From positions 6,386,001-6,450,000 of the forward strand of contig CM022665.1 of NCBI GenBank assembly GCA_012295275.1: 64,000 nt of DNA, read 5' to 3'. Every line of letters starts with the position of its first letter. The stretch's first letter is position 1. Position numbers and translations under genes: made by a program. This stretch comes from Chrysomallon squamiferum. Lineage: Eukaryota; Animalia; Mollusca. This document shows, piece by piece, positions 52,943 to 64,000 of the stretch. The notes beneath the pieces were generated by a model. The model saw only the letters and a list, made by a program, of their open reading frames with translations, did not search any database and was not told where the DNA came from.

Positions 52943-55537
52943 ATTTCTTGGGTAAAAAAAAAATTTTTGGGTATTTCAAATTATCCCAGAATAAATTTGT
53001 ACATAAAGTAAATTTAACTTTAATTAAATTTATAATTACAGTAAGTTACTGATGGAAAAAAAAAAAAAAGGCTGACAACTGTATACAATTTGGCTACGAT
53101 TGTTACAGCCGAAGTAGATTTCGTTGTAAAAACGTGAACCGTTCTAAGTTTAGTTTCTTCCGACGGTTAAAACGTAACAAAGCAATAAATTACGTCTGCT
53201 AAATCACTAGAGGTCTGCTTTTTGAAAAATACATCGGTTTCTCGTGGATCCTGCCTAAATCAGAATATTGCTCCGTAAATAACAACAATACCAGAGGTTA
53301 TCGCGTACTTTTAGCGTTTATCAGCAACATAACTGTGAACACCAGTATGACACAAAAATGTTAGAATGTAAGAAAACATCAGAAAAATTAACATACAATA
53401 ATAACCGTCTGTTTCAGAGACCTAGAGGCTTCAACATATTACTGTAGAGTTCATGACAAATACAAATAACATCTTTGTTTTGTATTATATTAAAAGGAAC
53501 GTAAAAAAAAAAAAAAAAAAAAGGAAAGATAACTAAATTGTGCGTAAATCAAGAAAAAATACCTTTTGTGAGTACTGACACTGGTTTGAAAAATAAATAA
53601 AAAAGAGATAAACTGAATGTCCATGGACGTTATCTGTGCTTACTACACATATTTATGGATTCAGATACTGTCGGGCAGAAGAGACAATTTAAAATCAAAA
53701 TATAAATAAGTGCTATAATTATACATTAATCTTTTATCTGTAGCTGTAGTAAATATTCTGAACATTATCGTAAAATTATCATTTTTTCTTTTTTTAAATA
53801 ATACATTTTGTTTTTAATGCGCTTTGAAATTTGGCGAAAAAGCGATTTTTTTTTTCTTTGTTTTTTTTTTATAGTTTTTTTAGCTTTTACTCATAATTTT
53901 GTTCGCTGTGTTCATCTAACAAAGCTTTCACCGGTAACTATTTTTACTTATCATATGTTTCATGGCTAGAAGTGATCTGATATAAACTGCTCGACACAGA
54001 TAATATTAATAATATAGAACCCTTAATGTTAAGACTTAAAGAAATCCTTCATTATTCATTTATTTATTTATTTATTTATTTTTTTATTTTTTTATTTTAT
54101 TTTATTTTATTTTTTTTTTTTCAGAAATCTTCTAAGGAATGGCTTTTGAACATTTTTACTGTAATTTAAAACATTTCATCTTGAAAGTAGTATCTTCAAA
54201 CTTCCCATTCATGAATCATCTTCACTCACGCACAACACACACACACACACACACACACTTCTAAGTTACCAATTTCTCTTCAGCTGCGTTCCCGATAAAC
54301 AGGAAAAAGTTTTTTCAGTACATCTATGGCTGCTTTATTACTGTCTGTTCCATTGTTGAACTACGGTTCTGAGTTTAAAACGCGGCTGACCTATCATACT
54401 GGAAGCAGGTGTTTCGTGTTGTGCTAATGGAGTATGTTATATACTATAAGTTTGAAACAGACAGGTAGCTTGCTAAATTTAGTCACGCACAAGATATTGC
54501 TTCAGTATAGAGCAAATATTATTACTGAAAACAAAACATTTTAAACCTATTATTATCGTTTGTAATAGTCCTCTTGAAATATAAATAAGCCTTAATGTAC
54601 TGAATTAACAACAACAACAGAAATAATAACAGTAAGTACAAGTAGGAGCAAGAATAATAGTAGTGGTAGAAGAGGAGGAATAGAAACAGTACAAAGTATT
54701 AGCAATCGTAATTTACAAGTTATATTTGTCCGCTTTGCATCTAGACCGACACAACTCTGTCTTCTTTCCACACAAAGAAATAAATAGTGAAGCCACTCAT
54801 GAACATGAGTATGATTATTTTTGTCTTTGTTATTTTCTGCTACAGTTGTTTTTTTTGGGTTTTTTTTTTCTTTTTCTCACTTTTATAATTATTTCGACAG
54901 CGAAGAAGAAAATGAGAAAAAAGAAGTCACAAATAAAAGAACACACTAAAAGACATGAATAGTAAACCTTTCTTAGAAAAGAGAATCTGTTAGAATGAAA
55001 AGCTAACACTTTCTTGTTCTGTAGAACTGCTGATAACGTTTTTGGAAAAAAAAAACCCATTCAAGTAAAAACAAATGTGTTTGCTAAAGAAAACGAGTTC
55101 AATACGTTACTGTTAAATTAATAATGAGTTTGAGGGGGTAATTACTGTAACAGAAAAAAAGCCAACAAAAAACACGCCAGTTTTTATGTTTCAAAACAAA
55201 TGCAAATCATTTACGACTTCAAAAACAATACACATTCCTATGTCTGCAACAACTAAACAATTATCTCTTTTTTTTTTTTCTTTTTTTTTTTGCATGGATT
55301 TATTATTTCTTTCATCTCAATTAACTTTGGCAACAACATGAAATCGAAAATAGTACAATATATATATATATATATATTAAATAAAAATACTAGCTCTTGT
55401 TTACATAGAAAAGGCCGAATTAAAGATTATTTTCAAAAGTAAACTTAGTACTAGCAATAAAAGCTGTAGAGTTTATAGTACTAATGGTAGTAGTAATAGT
55501 GGTAGTACTAGTAGTAGTAGTAGTAGTAGTAATAGTG

Positions 55538-55579
<42 letters not shown>

Positions 55580-56381
55580 AGTAAAAGTAATATTTGTTGC
55601 AGTGGTAGTAGTAGAAGTAGTGGTGGTGACGGTAGCAGAAGCAGGAGCAGTAGACGTAGTAGTAGTAAATAATAGAACTTTTAATTGATATTTTAGTAAA
55701 TTTGTCACTATTTTTGAGTCTCTAAGGTCTCTTTAGTTGCAAGACTTTAAATTAATATATCTATATTTATTAAGCATTAAATAAAAAATTTTAGTCACTT
55801 TTGTGAATGCAATTTCTGTCTCACAACACTTATTGATTTGGTTTAAAAATCGATGATATTAGAAAGCATATATTTTCAGTAAATATAATCTGATAGAACA
55901 CATATTTTGGAAAATAATTCATACTAAATTTCACTGATTGTGAAAACATTGGGATATTTTCGTCATTAAGGTCTTAACATCAGTCTTCATTATTTATTGT
56001 AATCAATTCTAATCAGTTTTTTAATGCCATTTATAGAAGAATGCAATAAATATTTTTATACCCTTATAAATAAATCATTATTAATCTTGTCTACTGCGTA
56101 TTCTATTACGGCAAACAATAAAATCGTCGTTACAGGATTTAACTCTAGATTATTTTGATCTGCTGATTTATTTTGTGACGTTTTTCATGCATTAATAAAA
56201 CTGACAACGTAATAGAGCTGAACTAATTGCTTCTAATAACGTTAAAACGAAGTAACCATTTTCTTGTCAAAATGCTTACGTTAAATGGAAAGAGTTTTGT
56301 TATCAAAATAATTATATATAAAAGAAAATTGTTCTGGTGTCAGAATAATTATAGGTAATTGATTTTGTGTGTGTGTGTATG

Positions 56382-56412
<31 letters not shown>

Positions 56413-56875
56413 TCAAAATGATCATACTAAGTACTAGAAGAATTAGCTTTTTTTCTGTCTCCCTCAAAAATAAGCTAACGAACTTGAAACAAATTTCTTT
56501 TAATCGTATAATTTTTAACCAAAAACAATATGTTAAGACAACTAATTCCAAACAGTTGAGGTAATTATGACTTAAGTGGCAGCTGCTTAAAGCAAAAGAA
56601 CTTTAACGAGAAACTGAAAAGAGCGTCTATGGTTTATAACCTAATCACCGAAGTGGTTTTGAAAAATCTGCACTAATTACAAATGAAATATGGGAGTTTC
56701 TAAAATTCGTATTAAAATTGTACAGTATGTTGAACTGAGTTCTTGGTGAGTGTATTTTTTTTACTGTTTTTATTTTTTTTTTGGACGTGTGTGTGGATGT
56801 GGATGTGGATATTTTGCAATAAAGCCCAAAACTAAACTAGTATCTATTTTAACAAACGACCACATATTTATAAAA

Positions 56876-56936
<61 letters not shown>

Positions 56937-58844
56937 GTGACAAGAACTTCGTCATATCTACCATGAATCAGTTTAACATTCTTATTTTTTTTATTATTAT
57001 TTTTTTTAATCTTCTCTCTCTTCTTTATTCCGTTACTTGACGAACTACATAAATGTATCGTATCGATCAAAATCAGCAAATCAGGAGTTTGACATCTCGT
57101 GTTTCTTTTCGTGCGTTATAAGGCTGAGATGGGTTCAGCCAATATGTCACAGTAATTGGACAGCCTGTCTCACATTCCCTTAGGTTACAATCACGGTGCT
57201 AATTTTTACGTTCGAAACCCTCAAACCAGACAATCTGTAGGTCGTCAGAACAAAGGGAGACCTACAAGCACGGTTGCCATTAATGCCGAAGCCATCATCT
57301 TGTTTGTAACGGTGACTGGGTCGATTAATGAACACTGAAGTTTGTCTAATACGAGATATATATAGAATATATTTATATTAAATCTTTGTAGAACGTTTTT
57401 ACAATTCAGTGTCGCAAACGAACTGCATATAAATTAAGAAAGAAAGAATGAAAGAAAGAAAGAAAGAAAGAAAGAAAGAAAATTCCAAATTATTCGTTTG
57501 ACATTTAGAGCATTGAAGAAAAACCAGAATTTTAATTTGTTAACGGTTTGATGATCTGATACGTTGATATTAAATTTTATTAATGTTTTTCTTCTTGTAA
57601 CTTGTAGTCGTCACAAACACTTTGCTTCCTCTACACTGATAACTTCATCATGTTCAACAACAACAAAACATGATCAGTTTAAGTATATATAATATATATA
57701 TATATATATAAAGATATTTTAAGTATCTTTCAGAGATACATTTTATTTAAAAATAACTTTAATAATAAATATATCAACGATTTAATGAAATTTTTACCAA
57801 AATATGTGAATAGTTTTATAAATAATCTTTACGAAAGTATATAAACGGTTTTATCGTTTATATATTAACGATTTAAAGTGACTTTTACAAAAAAAAATAT
57901 ATCACTTTGTCTGGCTTTTGACGTATGTGCTATAGTTTCCTCGTTATTCTGAAATGAATTCACGTAGAATCCTATAATATCAAGAGGTTTTCATACATAA
58001 TCCTGTTATTCAGCTATTGTGGCATTCATTATATATGTATATTTTTTTTTTACAACTATTAGTATTGTCTCTTTGTAATAACACACATCAACAGAGTATG
58101 TCTCTTCACACTTGTGCAGATAGTTACATTAAAAGGTAAACATCAGATTATAACAAATGGAAAATTCGTGTTTTTTATTAGGCTGTTAAAAGGCTTTGAG
58201 TTATCAGCGAGTTAGCGAATATTGTGTTCAGAGCCAACGCACACTCTTGACTAATACAGAATGCGATCAATATGGCATGTTTTATTAATTTACTGAATAA
58301 CTGAAATAATGTTCTTTGTTTTTCTATTAATAAAAAAATATATATATTTATAATAGTTATAGAAATAGTAGAAATAAAGATGATGATGATGATGATAATC
58401 ATGATAACTGTAACGAAAATTTTCGAAAATTTGTGACTTTTTTCATCATTTGATAAAGACAGTGTTAACAATAATCATAGCACGTTTCCATATATAATTA
58501 AGAAATTAACGAAATGCTAGATGTTTTTTATGGGGTTTTTTGGGGTCACATTAAGCAGAACGTAGGCCTATAAATTACTACTCATTATAAAGAAGCATAA
58601 AGCTTTACATTTTACTCTTATTCAGTATCAGACCAAAGAAACAAGGGTGAAAAAATGTTAAAAGAAGAAAATTATAATTAAGAAAAAAATGTTAAATCAT
58701 GATACATAATACAACATCATAAAAGAAACACACTGAACACTGTGTAAAGAGGGAAAAGAAACCAAAAAGAACAATGTTTTTGTTACCTGCTTGGCCTGCT
58801 TGAACTGGTCTTCTTTGATTTTTTCTACTGCTGTTATTTCCCAT
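49834..58844 (-). CDS. Uncharacterised 273-aa protein, predicted N-myristoylated, Ser/Asp-rich and largely disordered; two coding exons
   Basis: Exon 1 58844-58787 (MGNNSSRKNQRRPVQAGQA G|gtaaca, phase 1) joins exon 2 50597-49834 (ttccag|CT CGC ACG..., phase 1, the 251-aa ORF of the track). Total 822 nt in frame. Minus-strand AATAAA at 48551-48556. Extra internal exons cannot be excluded. Confidence 0.72.
51974..52228. mobile_element. MITE (about 255 bp) in the intron of the uncharacterised gene
   Basis: TIRs CATGGCCGTAAGTA (51974-51987) and TAGTTACGGCCATG (52215-52228), 13 of 14 matching; subterminal AGGCAAA/TTTGCCT; flanked by TATTA on both sides. Confidence 0.8.
52250..52600. repeat. Degenerate minisatellite
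   Basis: Recurrent units like TTGTTAAAATGATTCT..TGTTTGTATATTGTT and TAAAAGTGACT.., about 35-50 bp long. Confidence 0.6.
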
Positions 58845-59308
58845 AATACGGCACTCTGGTGAGTGGATTTCTGCTAAATAGTTTCACATGGTTCGTCATC
58901 GGCAACAGAGCTTAACCCCACGCAAACGCACGCACACCCACAAACACACATGCACACCCAAGGTAGCCTGTGTATTTCGGAAGCAGCGTGCGTCTGTCCG
59001 ATTCCGCCTCTTCTTTATTAACACCAGTATTTATTCGATCGTCTGGCAGGCAGGTATTTTGGATTTTAGTGCGATTAGTCAGCGCACATGTTCTTGTAGG
59101 GTTTCCCCTCTCCTGCTCTAGCAGACCGGCAGCACAATAAATCAATACTGCTGTCAGCATTAGCGAGATGCCGAGATGATTCGCGGTGTATTTGTTCTGA
59201 CATCTAAGTGAGCAGGAGCGAACGTGAGAAAAAGTTTCCAAAGCAACCAATCAGAACGGTTTCTTTGGTTTCCCCCAGATACGTTAGCAATAGGTTGTTA
59301 TGGTGTCT

Positions 59309-59349
<41 letters not shown>

Positions 59350-59419
59350 TCTGTTTTTTTATATTTATATACTTTCAAAGTTTATTAGTTAATCCGAAAA
59401 AACAGATACATACATACAC

Positions 59420-59499
<80 letters not shown>

Positions 59500-59680
59500 A
59501 TACTAAAATTATTTGGCTTCCTGGTGGTCTGTGTTAGTTTGTTCGTTTCTGTGGTTTTTTTTTTTTTGGGGGGGGGTTGTTTGGTTTTATTTTTTTGGGG
59601 GGTGAGGAGGTCATTTTTTCAAGAAAAAAATTTATTTTATATTTTGTTAACAAAATATTTATTTAAATAATATTATACAG

Positions 59681-59726
<46 letters not shown>

Positions 59727-59864
59727 TCTTTTGAAAAAGGTATCTTTCACGACAAAAATTATTTTGGGATAGTCGTCCTATAAACTTTATAATGCATACT
59801 TATTACAAGCAATAACTGCAGATAGGAAAATTGAAACCATTTTTGTGAGTTTTCTTTAGTAATC

Positions 59865-59964
<100 letters not shown>

Positions 59965-60949
59965 TCTTTACCACAGTCAGCAATAAATTTTCATTTCTAC
60001 CGATGTGCTGCAAGAATACCGCAGTGATAACAGCAACAAAAAAACAGGGAAGCAGATATATTAAACTGGGAAGTTATTTAAATATAAAAATCGATAAGAC
60101 AAAAGAGCATTATTGACGTCACAGCAGTGCAGACTAATTACTTAACAGAGCAAAAGCAGATGGCCACAATGTTTGTTATTATGCGACTAAGATACAGCTG
60201 CCTAAAGCTCTTTGTTCGGGATCTAATTGGTTATCGCTCAAATGAGTCGATGTTTACGTTTTTCTTGATCCTAGCAAATGTGATTCGAAACCCGTACAAA
60301 ACGACGATAGGTTTAATTTTGCCGAAAGATACAATCCTTCAAATATTGATTTTCAGGAATACCGCCATTAAGTCGTATTATTAAAGATCATACCATTTGA
60401 CGTCATCCGCTAATGTTGGAACTAAATCCAATGCGTTACGACCTGAAACCGGTGTTTTGCAATTTTTATAATAAATATAAAATAACTAATTCTTCAGGTC
60501 AGAATGAGTTAACAGATACATAAATGGGGCACTTTTGCTCACGATGGTTAATAACTGAAGTTATTATTTTAAAACTATTTAAATTTTTGTACTTCTGGTT
60601 AACATATACTTTTTTTTTATATATCAGTGACTATTAATCATGACGTTTAATATAAGACAGGAAAACCACTGTTAGCTACTTGTAGCATCTCGTAGCAAAA
60701 GATCGTTTATAATTACTGGTTGGCACGGAAACTAACAAAACAGGAAGTAACCCAGTAGGAAACAACCATATGTTACATATTAATCTTTTTATTATTAATG
60801 CCTTATTGTAGTGTTTGTTTTATTTTTATATTTTAGTTCTTATTTTATTTATGTATTTTTAACAATTGATTTTTATATATTTATTATTATTTTTATTATC
60901 TTAAGATCAGTTTACTGTTAGAAATTTGTTTTTGTTCGATAAACATAAT

Positions 60950-62294
60950 AAGAATGGTTAATAATACACATCCTGTAGAAATAATAAATGTAAATAAGCG
61001 TACAAAACCGCATCATGGAAGATGTTTGCGACATCGCAGCAATGCAGTGACGTAACTTCGTTATCTAGAAGCAGGAAAGAAATGTAGAAAAGAGGAGAGA
61101 CACGAAGCTTTAATCTTAGATATCTACACTTGATTTTAAAGCACATCCGGTTCTGTCAGTATCAAAAACAGAGATCGTCGAAGTTAATGAGCAGTGAGTT
61201 CAGTTGGTACATGAACGGGTGAACGCCTGGAAATACCGAGTCTGAAGATATTCACCTTTTTCTCTTTCTTTAGATTTCTCACGTGATTTTGTTGTTTTTT
61301 CACAGTTTTTGAATTATATTTTAGCGTGTATTTTCTTTACCTAGTAATATTGTATTATTTTAAATGTTTATTTTGAATCTTTCATGTCTATCTTAATTTG
61401 ATAAACATACGAAGAATGTATAATAATACATACCTGTCGAGTTATTTCTGTATGAAGTCATGAACAGAAGTCCTTACGACGTCAGAACAATGAAATGAAG
61501 TAAGTGAACAAAAGTACTTACGACGTCAGAACAATCAAATGACGTAAAATTATTATCTCGAAGCAGGACAGAAATATCGAATAAAATGGATAGTCACCAA
61601 AGTTATCTCTCAGATAATGGTGGATATATAGAGGTATACATATGTATGTAATTTGTCATTGTTTTTGTTCTTGTTGTCTACGTTGATACCGCTTTGAAAA
61701 CATCTGTTATTTTCTGTTCACAGGACTTAAACAACGCTGGACTTGGATAGTACTTGGATGATTTCCGTCTGAAAACACCGAATATTGTATACATTACCTT
61801 TTCCTGTTTCGTCTATTTTGTTCACTTGATTTTGCTTTCATTTGAACGTTTTTAAATTATGTTTTTACATATCAATATTTATTTGGTTCAGATGTTTATT
61901 TCGATCAGTTTTTTCTTAGGAATCTGTTTTTATTTCATAAACATAAAAAAACAGCATATAATAATACATCTGTTAATTTGTTCTATTTCTCGTAGAACTA
62001 ATGTATATAAACAATGTCATGGGAAACGCTTAAGACGTCACAACAGTGTGAAGAAGCAGAAAGATAGAAAATGGAAAGATGTCAAGCTTTGCTTTTGTTC
62101 ATGTTTGCTTTTCGTTTTTTGAGGCACGCCCGATTCTGTAAACTTAAACGTTTGCATATGTCTGTAATTTATGGTTGTTGTTGTCAACTTTCCCGTCCGA
62201 TTGATTATCTAAGTTAAGCAACATAGAGAGCTCAGTCAAAACGTTAACGAATAACTAACTGGAAATATCTAATCCTTTAGCCATTATTATTAGC

Positions 62295-62334
<40 letters not shown>

Positions 62335-64000
62335 TTTTTTTTTTTTTTTTATCAGCTAATACTTGCGTGGATGACCACCTAGAAACAGCAAGTCCTCTAA
62401 ACATCATTTTTTTTTTCTTTCTCCTTTCAGTTTTGTTCACTTGATTTGATTACTGTTTGACAGCTTTCAAATTATCTTTTTACATATTCTCTCTTTACAT
62501 ATTAATTTATTTCTACAAATCATTTCGATACTACGATAAACATACTAAAAATGCATAGTAATATTATACCTGTTGATATGCGACAGACATAATAAATATA
62601 AACAAAATGGTATACATCCGCATCGTAGAAATTGTTTACGACGTCACAACAGTGCAATGACAAGACGTCATTATGCGCTAGAGAACAGAAAAGGGGGTCA
62701 ATGACTACGTCTCAGTCTTATATGAAGTTGACTGGTTTTGAGGCACATCGATTTGTGAAGATGAAAAAGGTAGAGATATACGTGTACATATTTCTATAAT
62801 TTATATTAATTCAGTCAAAAATCAAAATCAAATGAACAAAACTAAAGAAAGTGAAAAAATTAATGTTTACGGAACTCGGTGGTACCATCCACTTACAAAC
62901 TAGCCCTATGTTGCATTTCTTCGACGATCGGACTTGAACCTGTGTTTTCAAGATTGTTTGTACACAGACGACAAAGATCAGGTAAATTAAATATAAACAT
63001 GTGTATATCTGACTTTAGAATTCACAGAACAGGATGTGCCTAAAAATGAATAGCAGATATGTCAAATCAAAAGTTTGGCGACTCTCCGCTTTTCTGTATT
63101 TCTTTCCTGCTTATGACTTTTTGTCAGTTCCTGTTATAACGTCACTTATATTTACCATTTCTCTCGGAAACAAAACTAAATTAAGGTATGTATTATAATA
63201 CATTTTGTTGTTTGGGTTGTACATTCTTTTTCTTCTTCTTCTTTTTTTTTTTTTTTTTTTTTTAATTAATTAATTTTTTTTAAATAAAACCAAATTAACA
63301 AAACTGAAGAGAGGAAAAAGTGAACATCTGTAGAACATTTGGTGTTCATAGGGCGGAAATAACCCAAGTACTAACCGATTCGTATGTTGTTGAATTTTGA
63401 TGATCCAACTAGAAACACTGTCTTCTGCGTAGTATGGACAACAGATGTAAGATGCAGATATATTTACATATACATATAATTATACCTTTTCAAACTTACA
63501 GAATCAGGTGTACCTAAAAATGAAGAGCCAATACGAAAAACTGAAACTTTAACATCTTTTGGCTCTTCTGTTTCTTCTGCTTCCTGTCTGCATTGTTGTG
63601 AAATCGTAAGCGGCTCTCACGATGCGACTGTATACATTAACATTTATATTTATTATTTTTATCGGAATTAGAAGTAACTTAACGAGTATGTATTATTATG
63701 AGTTGTCTTTACGTTTATCAAATAAAAACAAATTTGTAAGAAATTTTTATTTTATTTTATTTTATTTTTTATTTTTTTTTTTTTTTAAATAAACATTTAA
63801 AATAAACTAATATAATATGTAAAAATGTAATTAGAAAATTGTCAGGCAAAAACAAAAATCAAATGAACAAAACTAAAGAAACAGACAAATTAATTCCTAC
63901 AGAAATCTGTAATTTCATGTAATCATTCATTAAAGTAACGAGACCTATGTCGTTTAACTGCGGTGATCAAAAGAAACGCGATACTTCCAACGTTGTGTGG
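60950..64000. repeat. Array of diverged ~0.55-kb units: about four direct copies followed by at least two inverted copies
   Basis: The shared block CCGCATC..GAA..TGTTT(A/G)CGAC(G/A)TC(A/G)CA.CA.TGCA.TGAC...GAAGCAG.A.AGA...TTTT(G/A)A(G/A)GCAC...G.TTCTGT occurs near 61005, 61515, 62030 and 62617, with reverse-complement copies near 63025 and 63498. The spacer TTTTGTTCACTTGATTT (61816, 62431) appears inverted as AATCAAATGAACAAAACTAAAGAAA (62826, 63857). Confidence 0.7.

Noticed and set aside
58888-59250. 77-aa and 112-aa ORFs upstream of the orphan gene
   Set aside because: They fall in the GC-richer 5' UTR/promoter (CCAAT near 59248), include microsatellite-derived residues and show no recognisable homology.

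Overview
Very AT-rich, microsatellite-rich animal genomic DNA with spliceosomal introns; an invertebrate, possibly mollusc-like, source is inferred from composition only. I reconstructed five protein-coding genes by hand from splice sites and reading frames. They are the last exon of MOCS3/UBA4 (+, 186-418), NOP53/GLTSCR2 (-, 6503-842, 13 exons), a KIF28-like kinesin-3 (-, 30740-9468, 23 exons, about 1039 aa), AMD1/S-adenosylmethionine decarboxylase (+, 35505-43023, 12 exons, 330 aa) and an unassigned two-exon gene for a probably N-myristoylated 273-aa protein (-, 58844-49834). The strongest unusual signal is at the AMD1 stop codon. The UAG-G stop is followed 6 nt later by a GC-rich 70-nt stem-loop and by an in-frame 70-codon ORF with a hydrophobic segment and basic tail, and it has an exact 11-nt complement about 150 nt downstream. 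This suggests regulated readthrough or A-to-I recoding into a membrane-anchored AMD1 isoform, which is an inference and not shown. The window also holds an AT-AC U12 intron in AMD1, a GT-AG U12 intron in NOP53, a probable third in MOCS3, several MITEs, and a head-to-tail plus inverted array of diverged ~0.55-kb units at the right end.
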